DNA of 64,000 nucleotides from Octopus sinensis (GCF_006345805.1 NC_043000.1:56296001-56360000); one strand, 5' to 3'; positions 1 through 14,381 are shown, counted from the stretch's first letter. The notes: a model not told the origin generated them from the letters alone. Made by a program: numbers and translations.

Positions 1-1020
1 ACACAGAGAAATGAAAGGCAAAGTCGACTTTAATGAGATTGGAACTCAGAAAGTAAAGAGCCTGAAGAAATACTACAAAGCAATCCTTCTGACGCTTGAA
101 CAATTCTAGCATATTTTTGTAATCATATAATTCACATGCTGCTTCTCTTTTAGTTTTAGCATACATTTATGCAAGCTTTACCACAGTTACCCACTTAGTA
201 ACTGCGAAAATCAAACATACCCAAGGTAACAGTCAATAACATGACATTTAGCCCTGATAATAACTTCAGGAACTAACTATCTGGGACTTACAACCAATAA
301 CTTTAAAGTAAGTTTCATTTATCATATCCACACTTTCAGGTCTGAGGCCAGAGAAAACTCCACCCACTCCTGTATCATTTATAACAAAATTGAACCATTA
401 TTTTGCTACCAATAATTTCAAGTCATTAGCTGTTAATCCCATTCCATCAATTTTACTAAAATCTTTAATTTCACTGAAATTTCTAAGAAAAGGAGAGTAA
501 TTCTATCCATTGAACCAGAGTTGCCCCTCAATGCAACAGGTGTCACCAGTTGTTGAGATATAAAATAAACCATATAGCCTGAACTGACCAATGAAATTAG
601 TCCACTCTCATCATCCAATGATAATCAGCTTTCTTTAGATGCTCTGAGCATCTCATCACTTAGTATTAAGCATCTGGATGATTAGACATGCCCTTAGCAT
701 GATGGGTATGTAGCTAAAACAACTTTGAATCAAGTTAATGCAAGTATTTAAGTCCATGATCTGTTGAGTGTTCTTTTCTTTCATTTGTCAACCTATATAT
801 ATGTATATATATGGTTGTGTGTGCATGCATGTGTATTCAACACACATACATACTTACCTGTGTATGCATGCATTTACACATAAACATGTTCATTTGCCTA
901 CATATACAGACACTAAATGAATGGAAGTCTAATGTACTAGAAGCAATTAACAGATTACACAACAGGCATTAAAGGAGAGAAAAAAAAAGAACTCACACCC
1001 ATGCACACACATACATGCAT

Positions 1021-1055
<35 letters not shown>

Positions 1056-1604
1056 TACATACAAACAATCAAAACAAACAGAAAATGATCAACAATAATT
1101 TTTAGAACTTCATTCAATTTTCTGAGTGATAGCTTTGATCCTGTAGTAGTATAATATTTTCCTTTAAACAATGTTTAGTCTCCTTTCTTTATTTCTTTCT
1201 TCCTTTCTTCTTTTCTTCTGCATTGCTTTCCTCTTTTATCCTTCATCATCTTCCTTCTTTTCTTCCTTTCTTGTTCTTTCTTCTCTGCTTCTTCCTTTCT
1301 TTCTTACATCTTCTTTCCTTTCTGTATTCTTACTTTCTTCTTTCATTCTCCTTTAAATACTGTTTGATATATTTTCTCTTTTCTGACTACTGTTGTTGAT
1401 GTCATTCTTGCTACTACTGCTGCTGCTGCTGTTGTTGTTGTTGTTGTTGTTCCTCTTCCTTTTTTTCTTCTTCTTTTTTTGTTGCTGATGATAATGCTGC
1501 TTTTGGTGTTGCTGCCATGCTGGTTGTTGTTGTTGTTGTTCTTGATTTTTGATGATGATAAGGATGTTCTAGCAGTGTTTCCCAGCTGATGTTGTTAGTA
1601 TCAG

Positions 1605-1764
1605 GCTTAGGAGTGGCTGTATGGTAAGTAGCTTGCTTACCAACCACATGGTTCCAGGTTCAGTCCCACTGCATGGCACCTTGGGAAAATGTTTTCTACT
1701 ATAGCCTCGGGCTGACCAAAGCCTTGTGAGTGGATTTGGTAGACGGAAACTGAAAGAAGTGCAT

Positions 1765-1845
<81 letters not shown>

Positions 1846-2074
1846 ATGTATGTATGTATGTGTGTGCATATATGTTTGTGTGTCTGTGTTTATCCCCCCC
1901 AACATCGCTTGACAACCGATGCTGGTGTGTTTACATCCCCGTAACTTAGCGGTTAGGTAAAAGAGACCGATAGAATAAGTACTAGGCTTACAAAGAATAA
2001 GTCCTGGGTTGATTTGCCCGTCTACAGGTGGTGCTCTAGCATGGCCACAGTCAAATGACTGAAACAAGTAAAAG
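1605..2074 (+). mobile_element. tRNA-SINE family B (CORE-like motif, internal microsatellite)
   Basis: Head ggagtggctgtatggtaag, B-box-like ggttcagtccc, CORE-like accttggg, internal (TA)n; TSD agtatcag. Confidence 0.85.
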
Positions 2075-3891
2075 AGTATCAGTGATGCTTCTAGTTATTG
2101 CTGTTGCTGGTGCTAATGTCTATCACCATCATCTGGCTCTACCTTCAGACAATTCAATTTTCTACTCTATTACTATTGCTGCTAATTTTTGCTATTCTCC
2201 TTTCCTTCTAGTTGCTGTTGTTGTTCTTATTGTAATTCATATATTGTTGTATTTTGTTATTTTTGCTGATTTAATATTTTTTTCAGATTAAGGTGGGGAG
2301 CTGGCAGAATCATTAGTACACAGGGCAAAATGCTTAGCTACATTCCATCATCTACAAGTTCTAAGTTCAAATTCTGTGAAGGTCAACAATGCTAATGATG
2401 CTAGCATTGTACTACTTTTAGTTCTTATCCTTTTGTTGCTAATGTTGCTAACATTGTAGAAACTACTGCCATAGCTGGCATATTCTTCTGGTTGTTATTG
2501 CTGATGTTGTTGTAGGAGACATACTTGAGCATGCGAATAAATCTGAGGCTGGACTGCATGTTGCTGTGGTTTGGTTTTTAACTTTTAGTGAGTCAGGAAA
2601 GATCTATTTTGTCATCATGGCTTAGTTCAGTTGTGCTGTGGTAGACTCCAGCCAATCAGGGCTGGATGTGTATGAATACAAATAGCAGTGATCTGCCTTA
2701 GCAGTGAAGCAGCAGTTTCAAGTGAGTTGGTGAAAAGACAGCCTTGCAGTAACATCTCTTCCTTTGACATGCGGCAATTGTTGTGTTCACCACCAACTTC
2801 ATGTAGCCCACTTGAATGATATCATCTACAACTCTGCCTCAAAATGAGAGGTACATTCTTGTTCTTATTAGCTTACAAGGGTTTTCACATAACCCTTCTG
2901 TGTGAAAAAGTAAGTTATGAGATTTTTCCTGCCTCGCATACGCATGTAGATGATTCACATAAACATGCCAATTAATCATTGTTACTACTTGCCAGCACTC
3001 ATCTTATTTAAATAAAGCTTGCAATGTTTCATTGTAAATTAACTGCCTTCTGACATTCTTTATACACGCTTATCAAAAGCACACTGGAATGGACTATCTT
3101 ACAAATACTCTTCATACATTAAATCATAGAACACTTACACTAAACACGTCATCACTGGTACAATATTTTAGTGTTTATGTCAGCTATGCTCAGTTAATAA
3201 ATTGTAATCTTTCTCACTCTCTTTCTCTCTCTTTCCCTCTCTCTATTTGCATATGTGTATTTCTGCATGCATGTACATGTGTGCATGAGTGTATGTCCAT
3301 GTGTGCATGCATATGTTGTCTGCACTGTTAACAATAACCATCACCAAAGCAGGTTCAATGACCAGTCAGCCATGCCAAATCGTTAGCATCCATACAGCTG
3401 CACTCAATTACCACATCCTAGAGTAGGATGCACTTAAATACTGTGACCATCCAACTATAATACTAGATACAAAACTAATATAAATATATGACCATTATTT
3501 GGTGTCCCAGATTTCAGAAAGTTAAATAAAGAATGGAAAATGGCAGACAGAACTTGAACTCACACCCACATTTCAACCACAAACTTGCACAATATCACCA
3601 AATCCCTCCCCAATGAGTCAACTTCTACATGGTCAATCACTTTGCTAGAAACAATACTAACACCCTACCATCTTAAACAGGAAGAACAATTAATAAAGCA
3701 GTCTCCAGTGTAGGAGATTTTAAACAGTTTCTCAACTTGCTAGAAACATCAGCTAAATCTCTTCCAAATCTCACTTTCTCATATTTAACTCTTTGCCTGT
3801 CCTAGGACATACTTCCCTAGTGTCTATGCATTAGATATGATGCATATTTTTGTCAACCACCAGACAACTTATGAAAAAAACTTTATGTATG

Positions 3892-4316
3892 AAGGTGCAA
3901 GCATGTATGAAGGTAAGAAGCTCACTTCCCAATGAAATGGTTCTGGGTTCAGTCCCACACCATGGCACCTTGGGCAAGCATCTTCCACTATAGCCACAAG
4001 CTGATCAAAGCCATGTGAGTGGATTTGGTAAACAGAAACTGAAAAAAGCTTACTGTGTGTGTGTGTGTGTGTGTGTCTGTCTGTCTGTCTGTCTGTCTCT
4101 GTGTCTGTGTTTGTCCCTCACCACTGCTTGACAACCTGTGTTGGTGTGTTTATGTCCCGGCAACTTAGCAGTTTGGCAAAAGAGCTGATAGAATAGGTGC
4201 CAAATTTAAAAAGGAAGTCAGTACTGAGGTTGATTAGTTTGACAAAAACTCCTCAAGGTGGCGCCCCAGCATGACCACAGTCAAATGACAGAAACTAGTA
4301 AATGATAAAAGATAAC
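3892..4316 (+). mobile_element. Family B SINE
   Basis: Colinear with 1605-2074; internal (TG)n/(TCTG)n. Confidence 0.8.
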
Positions 4317-4462
4317 TCAGAAGGCATGAAACAAGGACTAGCTAAAAGCCTGGAAACAAGCATCAGCATTTAGGACAAACTTATGAAAATGCTTTTGACA
4401 TGCAAAGCATTAAAAGCAAAAAAGAATAAAAATGGAAGACAACGTAGTTCTAGATATACAAA

Positions 4463-4746
4463 ATGACGGTTCTAGTTGATCCAATCAACACAACAGTTTG
4501 CTCATGGAATTAATGTGCAAGACATGCATACACTTAATATAGTTCTCAGGGAGATTCAGCATGACACAGGATGTCATAAGGCTGACACTTTGGAATAAAG
4601 GTACTACGCGTTTTTGCCAGCTAAGTGGACTGGAGCAATGTGAAATAAAGTGTCTTGCTCAAGGACACAGTGTGCTGCTGGGAATCGAACTCACAGTCTT
4701 ATGATCATGAGCTGATTACCCTAACCACTAAGCCACACACGTCACC
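4463..4746 (-). mobile_element. tRNA-SINE family C
   Basis: Minus-strand head ggcttagtggttaggg..gagttcgattccc; body ttgagcaagacactttatttcacattgctccagtccac; TSD ctagatatacaaa/ctagatacacaaa. Confidence 0.8.
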
Positions 4747-4778
4747 CTAGATACACAAACAGAAGGAATAACAATTAT

Positions 4779-5008
4779 AAGGCGGTGAGCTGGCAGAATC
4801 GTTAGCACGCTGGGTGAAATTCTTAGCGGTATTTTGTCTGCTGCTACGTTCTGAGTTCAAATTCCGCCGAGTTCAACTTAGCCTTTCATCCTTTTAGGGT
4901 CGATTAAATAAGTACCAGTTATGCACTGGGGGTCAATGTAATCGACTTCATCCCTTTGTTTGTCCCCTCTATGTTTAGCCTCTTGTGGGCAATAAAGAAA
5001 TAAGAAAG
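4779..5008 (+). mobile_element. tRNA-SINE family A (Nin/Deu-like central domain)
   Basis: Head ggcggtgagctggcagaatcgttagc, B box gagttcaaattc, central gcctttcatcctt..ggtcgat..aagtaccag; many copies in the window. Confidence 0.85.
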
Positions 5009-5084
5009 AATAACCATGGCAAGAAATACTTTCTTTCAAAAGCACCCTTTGAACATTGAGCCTCATAGAGACAGTGACAAGTGG

Positions 5085-5380
5085 CCAAGACCTTTGGAAA
5101 TATACCATACTTGAAAAGACCTGTCAAACCAAGTGAGTTCTTAGTTGTGACTGATACAGGTGTTACATAATTGGAGCTCATGCTGATGGCACATAAAAAG
5201 CACCCACTACACTCTTGGAGTGGTTGGCATTTGGAATGGTATCAAGCTGTAGAAACCATGCCTAATCAGATTGGAACCTGGTGCAGCTCTCCAGCTTACC
5301 AGTTTTCACTCAAACCATTCAGCCCATACCAGCATGGAAAATGGACTTTAAATAGTGATGATGATGATGATGATGATGAT
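5085..5380 (+). mobile_element. Family D element
   Basis: Similarity to family D; (GAT)n tail. Confidence 0.7.
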
Positions 5381-5964
5381 CTGCTATTCAGGACTAACCT
5401 CGGACTAAATAACTATAACAACACCAAACATTATCCAAAGAAATTATTCATGAACATCCATTGAATACACATACACTGAGCAGCAAAGCCTCAATGGGTT
5501 TTCTTTTTTTTTTTTCGTGTTCTTTCCTCTCATTTATCAAATAGTTCCAGAGAATAAGATCCTTCAAGATTTTATCCAAATTGCTAGCTGCATGTTCTCA
5601 AGTTGCACAGCAAGAAAATTAGTCAGCAGAAACCAGAACACTCATCCATCAATGATTTGGTCCAGATTTCTTGCCATTCCATATGGTTTTTGTTTCTCTG
5701 TTTGCATGTTGTTTTTCATCTTACCCTCTCTGTTTACTTATTTTCATTTTTCAGTGCACATCCATATATTCATACATAAATAACATGGAAAAAGCAGAAG
5801 TTCTGTTTTCTTTATATAAATACGTACATTCAAGTCCATGTGTGTGTGTGTGGGGGGGTGAATGTTTATAAATATACGTATATATGTGGGTGTGTTTGCA
5901 TATGTGTGCATGTGTATGTAGATATATATGTGTATTTATATATGTATATGTATATATATATACA

Positions 5965-6004
<40 letters not shown>

Positions 6005-6113
6005 AAAGCAAAAATGCTAGTTCGAAAATTTCTCTGGCTACAAACATTACTTGTTATACATACACAACAGACACACACATGCATAAAAATATACATATGT
6101 GTATGTATGTATG

Positions 6114-6173
<60 letters not shown>

Positions 6174-6177
6174 GTTA

Positions 6178-6576
6178 TTCTTTTACACTTTTACTGGTTT
6201 CTGTCATTTGACTGCAGCCATGCAGGAGAACCCAATTAAAGGGTTTTAGTCAAAAAAATCAAACCCTGAACTTATTCTTTGTAAGCCTAGTATTCATTCT
6301 GTCAGTCTCATTTATTGAACTGCTAAGGTATGGGAGCATAAACACACCTGCATCGGTTGCCAAGTAATGGTAGGGTTACAAACAAATGCGCACACATATA
6401 CACACACACATATATGGGCTTCTTGCAGTTTCCATCTGCTAAATCCACTCACAACGCTTTGGTCAGTCCAAGGCCACAGAAGAAGACCAATTGCCCAAGA
6501 TGCCACACAGTCAGTGAGACTGAACCTGGAACCATGTGGCTGGAAAGCAAGCTTCTAACCACACACCCACGGTTGC

Positions 6577-6580
<4 letters not shown>
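6178..6580 (-). mobile_element. Family B SINE
   Basis: Colinear reverse complement of 1605-2074. Confidence 0.8.
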
Positions 6581-6620
<40 letters not shown>

Positions 6621-6635
6621 ATATATATATATATA

Positions 6636-7192
6636 TCATCATCATCATCATCATCATCATTTAGCGTCCACTTTCCATGCTTGCATGGGTTGGACGGTGC
6701 AACTGGGGTCTGGGAAGCCAGAAGGCTGCACCACGCCCAGTCTGATCTAGCAATGTTTCTATGGCTGGATGCCCTTCCTAACACCAACCACTCCGTGAGT
6801 GTAGTGGGTGCTTTTTACGTGCCAGACGAGGCTGGCAAACGGCCACGGTCAGATGGTACTTTTTACGTGCCACCAGTACGGGGGCCAGGCGAGGCTGGCA
6901 ATGGCCACGATCGGATGGTACTTTTTACGTGCCACCAGCACGGAGGCCTGTCGGGGCAGCGCTGGCAACGGCCACATTCGGATGGTTCGCTTATGTGCCA
7001 CTGGCACTGGTATCACAGCTACAATTTCCATTGATGTTGATCGATTTCGATTTTGATTCTGATTTCCACTTGCCTCAACAGGTCTTCACGAGTAGAGTTT
7101 TGTGTCCCAAGAGGAAAAGATATGCATAAGTGGACTGGCTACATCCCAGGTAGAGGCCATGGGTTATGGTCTCACTTGTCCTGCCGGGTCTT
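6636..7192 (-). mobile_element. Family D: RTE-related SINE-like element with (GAT)n tail
   Basis: ttaggaagggcatccagc motif, (GAT)n tail, internal ctttttacgtgccac repeats; many copies. Confidence 0.75.
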
Positions 7193-7499
7193 ATTTATAT
7201 ATACACACACACACACACATGAGTTGAGTGAGTGAACGAATGAAAGAACGGGGCACTCAACACATTTGGTAGGAGTTATATGTATTATTTAAAACAGTTT
7301 GATTTGGCTCCATGCATCTTGAAGTGTTGCAGGCCTCTAACAAGAGCCCACCTCTTCCAGAATTTATATAGTAAGTAAAATGGATAAATAAATCCTAGCA
7401 GTGTTAAACAAATTTGGCAACAATCAGATTATATATGTGTGTTCATGTATAAATAAATATGGGGGGGGGATATAATCATTTTATGTTTTTGCTTGAAAA

Positions 7500-7809
7500 G
7501 ACCCCCTTCAGTCATAAGTGACCATGGGATTGCACCTAGAAAGCTACCCTCCAAGTCACAAGTTCAGCCAAGACCCGCAGTTGCCCATGCATACCAACCT
7601 CCTCTCTCCACACCATCGATGTTATCCAAAGACTAATCCAGCTCGGCATCAGTAATGTCACAACTCATTTCTACAGCTGAGTGAACTGGAGCAACGTGAA
7701 ATAAAGTGTTTTGCTCAAGAACACAACACACAGCCAAGTTCAGGAATCAAACTCACTGCCTCATGATTGTGAGCCTGACACTGTAACCACTGAGTCATGT
7801 GCCTTCACA
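7500..7809 (-). mobile_element. Family C SINE (tail shared with 44261-44588)
   Basis: Similarity to 44261-44588. Confidence 0.75.
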
Positions 7810-7838
7810 TGTGCCTGCTTGTAGCTTTGTATCATACA

Positions 7839-8092
7839 AAAAATAATAAATGAGCCCTTTTAAAGCCTAGCCAGGCTCATGGGCCCGGTTTCCCGGTTTC
7901 TATGGCGTATGTGTTTCCCAGCTGGATGGGACGCCAGTCCATTGCAGCATTACTCATTTTTGCCAGCTGAGTGGACTGGAGCAACGTGAAATGAAGCTCG
8001 AGAACACAACGCGCAGCCTGGTCCAGGAATCGAAACCACAATCATACGATCATGGCGCTGACACCCTAACCACTAGGCCACATGCCTCCACA
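7839..8092 (-). mobile_element. Family C SINE (V-domain-like atggactggcgtcccatccag)
   Basis: 14-bp TSD ctttgtatcataca; near-identical to 16837-17101. Confidence 0.9.
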
Positions 8093-8682
8093 CTTTGTAT
8101 CATACATGTAGTATAAAGACATGTGGTTAGAACTATCTTAGAACACATCTAAAAGTACTGAACACCTTTCATAGTATAAAAATACATAAAGGAATAATGT
8201 ATTTTGCTCAGACACACCCATTCCTACTACAAGAATAAAAAGAAAAGATCACAGAAACAACACAGTTGTTGTTGTTCTTCTTCTTCTCCTACTTCCTGAG
8301 GCTTCACTATAAATCAGTCTTGATTCAGAAGAAATAATACCAAAAGCACTTCAACCATAACCATTTTGTATTTTCCTAGAATAATGAAACCAGGGCTGCA
8401 TTCTCTTTTTTAAGAAAATGGTAAAAACATGATTTGATAAATATTTGGTTGCAATTTCTAGCAAGTCAAGATTCTATCATTAACACAGAAATGATACCAG
8501 GTATGGTAGTGGTGGTGGTGGTGGTGGTGGATAGGATGTTATTATGGTGTTTCTATTATATACAAGCATACAAAACGCAACATGCATACATATACACATA
8601 TATGAATACATAATGTCATTTTGTATACACTTTTATTTGTAGCAAGTAAAAGAAATCCTCTTCAGTAACATTATTATTTTAA

Positions 8683-9262
8683 AAGGCAATGAGCTGGCAG
8701 AATCGTTAACACACTGGACCAAATACTTAGCGTTATTTCACCCATCGTTACATTCTGAGTTCAAATTCCGCTGTGGTCAACTTTGCCTTTCATGGGGGTC
8801 AATGAGTTAAGTACCAGTTATGCACTTGGGTCAATGTAATTGGCTCATCCCTCCCCCAAAATTCAGGCCTTGTGCCTATAGTAGAAAAGGAAAGAATCAT
8901 TAGCACACCTGGCAACACCTTAGCAACACTTCATTTGTCTTTATGTTCTGAGTTCAAATTACGCCGAGGTCAACTTTGCCTTTCACCCTTGGGGGTGGGG
9001 GGTGGGGGTGGAGTCAATTAAATAAATACCAGTTATGCACTGGGGTTAACATAATCAACTTTTAAGAAGACAGCAGGCTGGCAGAATCGTTAGTACACTT
9101 GGTGAAATGCTTAGCAGCATTTTGTCTGTTTTTTCATTCTGTGTTCAAATTATACCAAAGTCAACTTTGCCTTCCATTCTTTTGCAGTTGATAAAATAAG
9201 TACCGGTTGAGCACTGGGGTCAATATAATCAGCATATCCCACCCCAAAAGTTGAAACCGATA
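8683..9262 (+). mobile_element. Three tandem family A SINEs
   Basis: Repeated head, B box and central domain at ~8683, ~8895 and ~9068. Confidence 0.8.
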
Positions 9263-9276
9263 TTATTATTTCAAGC

Positions 9277-9688
9277 ATAGGCATGGTTTTGATGTAAGAA
9301 GTTTGCTTCTCAACTACATGGCTTCAGGTTCAGTCCTACTGTGTGACACCTTAGGCAAATATCGTAGCTCTGTATCATAGCTCTGGGCCAAACAAAGCCT
9401 TATGAGTTGATTTTGAAGATAGAAACTGAAAGAAGCTTCGTGTGTGCGTGTGTGTGTGTGTGTGTGTGTTAGTATGTGCGTCTGTATTACTGTTTCTTTA
9501 ATTTTACATAATAGGCGTAGGAGTGGCTGTGTGGTAAGTAGCTTGCTTACGAACCAAATGGTTCCAGGTTCAGTCCCACTGCGTGAAACCTTGGGCAAGT
9601 GTCTTCTACTATAGCCTCAGGCTGACCAAAGAATTGTGAGTGGATTTGGTAGATGGAAACTGAAAGAATCCTGTCGTATTTATGTATG

Positions 9689-9720
<32 letters not shown>

Positions 9721-9955
9721 AATATAAATATGTACGTGTGTGTATCTGTGTTTGTCCCCACCAACATCGCTTGACAACCAATGCTGGTGTGGTTACGTCC
9801 CTGTAACTTAGCGGTTCAGCAAAAAGAGACCGATAGAATAAGTAGTAGGCTTACAAAGAATAAGTCCTGGGGTCGATTTGCTCGACTAAAGGTGGTGCTC
9901 CAGCATGGCCACAGTCAAATGACTGAAACATGTAAAAGAGTAAAAAAGGAGTAAC
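9277..9955 (+). mobile_element. Partial plus full family B SINEs
   Basis: 5' half at 9277-9490; full copy at 9512-9955. Confidence 0.85.
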
Positions 9956-10103
9956 TGTTGTAGATGAGCATCACTGTCATGAAAGCGGTGTCTTTTGTTT
10001 CCAGTCTTCCATGAAAACATGTCTGGTCATAGAGAAACACTAATTCATTTAAAAACAGGTGAGGGCTGGCAAAAGGAAGGGTGTCCAGCTATAGAAAATT
10101 CAA

Positions 10104-10327
10104 CCCTTTAGTATTTCAACTGGCCATATCAGGTCCTAAAATATTCTGCCTGTGTTTATGTTCAAATTAACCAGATTCAACTTCAACACCCCTGCCCTAC
10201 AATGACATTATGAAGATAGATAATCACAACATCAAAATCTGAAAGCTATGAGATCATGCATGGTTAACTCGGAACAATGCGAGTAAATAAGCATTACATT
10301 TCACAGAGTATTCTGAATGCTAAAGGG
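10104..10327. mobile_element. piggyBac-like MITE
   Basis: TIRs ccctttagtatt / aatgctaaaggg with degraded TTAA-like flanks; second copy at 39604-39804. Confidence 0.55.
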
Positions 10328-12069
10328 ATGACAAATGCCATCCAACCAATGCAAGCCTGAAAAAGTGGACATAATGATGGTGACAGCAGAGGAAGCCGAA
10401 GTGGAAGAAGAGGAGGGGAAAGACAAAGATGAGGAAGAGGAAGAGGAGAAGGATGGAGAGGAAGAGGACAAGTCGATGATGACAAGGAGGGAGACATAGA
10501 GGCGGAGGAGGAGGAAGGTGAGGCAATTAAATTCAAAGTTTTTATCAAGTTTCTTAAATGGTACATAGAAATGTAGACTCATAATACAATTGTCTTTTAC
10601 TATTCCTTTTCTTTTTTTTTTTTTACCAATTCACCTCCGATGTGACAATGAATAAATGGCGTAGGAAGCTAAGAAGAAAAGCAGAAGCACATACTAAAGA
10701 TAATAGCAGTGAAGCAAGCAATGAATAAAGCAATATAAGTCTTAGTCGTCCAATGGAAAATTTTAATCGGTTGCATTGCAATAAAGGAGAATAGGGTGGA
10801 ATATAATCCTATCAACCTCAGTAGGACTTATCTTCAATAGAATTTACTAATGGCAGCAGAGATAGGTTATAGCTTCCTTTGTTGTGTGTGGCTTATACTA
10901 AGTATATATCCATGGTGACAGCAGCACAGCATCCAGTCAGTGTAATACTAGCATTATAGATTAACATATTACGACAACATCAAACTTTTATACAGGGCAG
11001 TTTTGCAAAGACCTCAACTTAACCTAACCTGAAAATCAAATATACAAGTCGAAGAGGGAGCATTTATGTGATGGCTTGAGCTGCTAGAAATAGCAGTCCT
11101 TACAGTTAAACAGCAACTAAATCTCCCTCTAAAAACAGTTTTAATGATGATTATTCAGTTGTTTAATAAACTATTGTTTCCTGCTCATTGAATTAAAAAA
11201 TAAAAGGGTGAGTATCTGAAATACATCTTTCTATATTTTTTATCTTTTACTTATTTCAGTCATTAGACCGTGGCCATGTTAAGGCACCACCTTGAAGAAT
11301 TTCTAGTTGAATGAATCAATCCACTAGTCTTTTGTTAGGCCTGACAATTATTCTAGCAGTCGCTTTTGCCAAAATGCTAAGTTATGGGGTCACATACATA
11401 CCAATACTAGTAGTAGACTAAAAACAAGACCTGTCAAAAAGACGGATGAAACCAGTGTAGGTTTAACAACAATCTAGCAATAGCAGAAGCCCTTAGGAAT
11501 TCTGGGTTAGTGTATGACACGCTGGAAGACCACAGGGTGTGAAACACCCCTCTCCTACTAAGTAAGTCAAGTTATAGTCATTTCAATTAGAAATAATTTT
11601 GTGAACTCCAAAGAACTTCATCATCATGCCTAGGATTGAAACAGAAGTGTTTAGATGTTCCATAGCTGAGCTAGTTTCACTATATATGAATCGAAACATA
11701 ATTTATAGTAATATGCATTTACTGTTATTAAAATGAGAAAATTTTGGTAATGTATACCAAGTAAAATATTTTAAATAATGGATAGAGGAAAAAACAATAA
11801 AAACCTCATTGTAAACTAAAATGTAATTCAAAATATGTTTGTTGTGTTTTGCATACAACGTTACACCTTTTGTTTTACATTTTAAATTTGTTTGGAATCT
11901 ATATATTTATATAAATAATAGAACAGACATGTTGTAGTTTTAGGAAAACAGTCTTCTTAACACCTATCACTTTTTACAGAGATGTCAGAATCTGGTAAGC
12001 ACACAAAGTAATTTAGTTGTCCATCAATTTGTTAAATATAGTAACCAAAATTCTCACATTAAGTTCATA

Positions 12070-12310
12070 ATTCAACCAAGCATGGGACTCCAAGATATCT
12101 AACCCCTGCATAATTTAAACTCACAACAGATAACCACAGTACAACACAATGGCTCTCCCTCAAAAGGCACTCTTCTATTTAATATTTCAAAACAAATCAA
12201 AGAAGAAAAAGAGCCTATCATCTTCAAACAATAACTGGACAAATTTCTTCAAGGGATACCAGAAAAGCCACCTATACCTGAATGTGTCTCAGTTTTAAAA
12301 AATGCTGATA
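12070..12310 (+). mobile_element. Degenerate CR1-group LINE 3' end
   Basis: LFNISKQIKEEKEPIIFKQ*LDKFLQGIPEKPPIP resembles the LDKFL..IPD.P ORF2 C-terminus. Confidence 0.55.
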
Positions 12311-12483
12311 TAAAGGAAATACACAAAACTTAATTTGAAAACATGGACTTAAAAGATTCTATCAGGTAGGGCTATTAAGTTTGACAAAGATATGTTTTGA
12401 CCAAAATTTGCCCAGGCTAAGTTGACCCATCTTTAAAAATTAAACACCATGAAAAGGTTGCATGAATATGTGCACCAAACAGG

Positions 12484-12544
<61 letters not shown>

Positions 12545-12545
<1 letters not shown>

Positions 12546-12922
12546 CTCTTTCACTCCTTTTTTTGTTTCAGTCATTTGACTGCAGCCATGCTAGAGCACC
12601 GCATTTAATTGAACAAATCGATCCCAGAACTTATTCTTTGTAAGCCTAGTACTTATTCTATCAGTCTCTTCTGCCAAATCGCTAAGTTACAGGGACACAA
12701 ACACACCAACATCGGTTGTCAAGCGATGGAGTGGGACAAAAACAGACACACAAACATATACATATCTATGTATATACAACAGGCTTCTTTCAGTTTCCAT
12801 TTACCAAATCCACTCACAAGGCTTTGGTCGGCCCTTATCTATAGCAGAAGACACTTGGCCAAGGTGCCACGCAGTGGGACTGAACCCGGAACCATGTGGT
12901 TGGTAAGCAAGCTACTTACCAC
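12545..12922 (-). mobile_element. Family B SINE
   Basis: Full-length similarity. Confidence 0.85.
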
Positions 12923-14175
12923 ATTGTCACTCCTGCACCTATGATATATATATATATATTCATTTTTCTAAAGGGTAACTTTTATACTAATTTTCACTTT
13001 AGATAAGTAGAAAAACTATGAAAATTTACAATCTCATTATAGAAAAGTGCCATAAAATATTCATTCTGCTATGCATATCTGGTGTGAACATAAATTCATT
13101 AGAGATTTCCTCACTGTTTTTGTCAAACAAATGTACAAAAGGAGAAAAAAATATGGTGCACTTTTTCTATCCTAAGCTACTTAAAACATCACATTCTTCT
13201 GATCTAACCCTATCTAGATGATGATGATCATCATCATCATCAACATTGCCATCGTTGACATGTTCTTCCTCCTTATCATCATCATCATCATTGTCATTAT
13301 CAACATTGTAATTGTCAACATTGTCATCCTCTTCTTCCTTATCATCATCATCATCATCTATTTTATCTCATGATGAAGGAGGAAAGTCAGTAAAAAATTT
13401 CTCTGTCACTGTACAAATCATCTATTGCAACTTAGTTTCCCGCATCCATAAAGGCTGCTTATGCTTCAGTACATTAGACAAACTAGATGCTCAAACATCA
13501 ACTGATGATGGCTGTGTCCTTGTAAAAGTTTCCAAACATCAACTGATGATGTTCAATGTCCTCTAATGAAACATCCGTCGACGATGCCCACCAATTAGGA
13601 ATCAAATATAAGCTATATTGAAATTATGCTTTCATATATACAAAAGAGGAGATTGTCCCAATTAGAGTATCTTTCACCAGTATTGTTCTTTGGTTACAGC
13701 TGATCTGAGACTAAAATGACAAAAGAATGATCAAGGTTTCCTTCAAAGCAAAAAGTGAATACCTTTGTGTGAGCAAGCGAGTCGCTACAAATAGTAGTCA
13801 AATTTCCATTGAATCACACCCAACCATTTTAAATTCAGGGTACACTGGAAAATATAGACCCACATATATCAACAGATGAGATCATAAATATATATATATA
13901 TATATATATGTATATTTAGGTATAAGTTAGAGGTGTTTAAAACCTCTAAGGGATGGTTAAATCCAAAGGCGCTCCTGGTTATCAATGTATCCCTATGTCT
14001 TTTGCTCTGCTTACCTCTACATATGACTCCGCATTCTGATGTCTACCACCACAACTGGTAAACAGAAACGGTTGTAAATGTACTATTACTACCACTTTTC
14101 TTTATTGATTAATTAAATTAATGGCTTAGTGCAAACGACCAACTTCTTCCTGTTATTTTTCTTCCATTTTCTTCT

Positions 14176-14218
<43 letters not shown>

Positions 14219-14220
<2 letters not shown>

Positions 14221-14381
14221 GGCTTCTTTCAGTTTTTGTTTACCAAATCCACTCACAAGTCTTTGGTCAGCCCTTAGCTATAGTAGAAGAGACTTGCCTA
14301 AGGTGCCATGAAGTGGGACTGAACCCAGAACCATGTGGTTGGTAAGCAAGCTACTTACCACACAGTCACTCCTGCACCTAT
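14219..14381 (-). mobile_element. Family B SINE 5' half
   Basis: Ends at the internal (TA)n. Confidence 0.8.

Noticed and set aside
240-860. Possible exons (plus-strand 252-307; minus-strand terminal exon starting ~792)
   Set aside because: Splice-like words occur on both strands, frames are interrupted by stops and no homology is recognisable
2511-3074. Possible solo LTR (TG start, AATAAA, CA end)
   Set aside because: No TSD and no second copy in the window
6357-7129. 225-aa ORF and neighbouring ORFs
   Set aside because: They span a family B SINE, a microsatellite and a family D element
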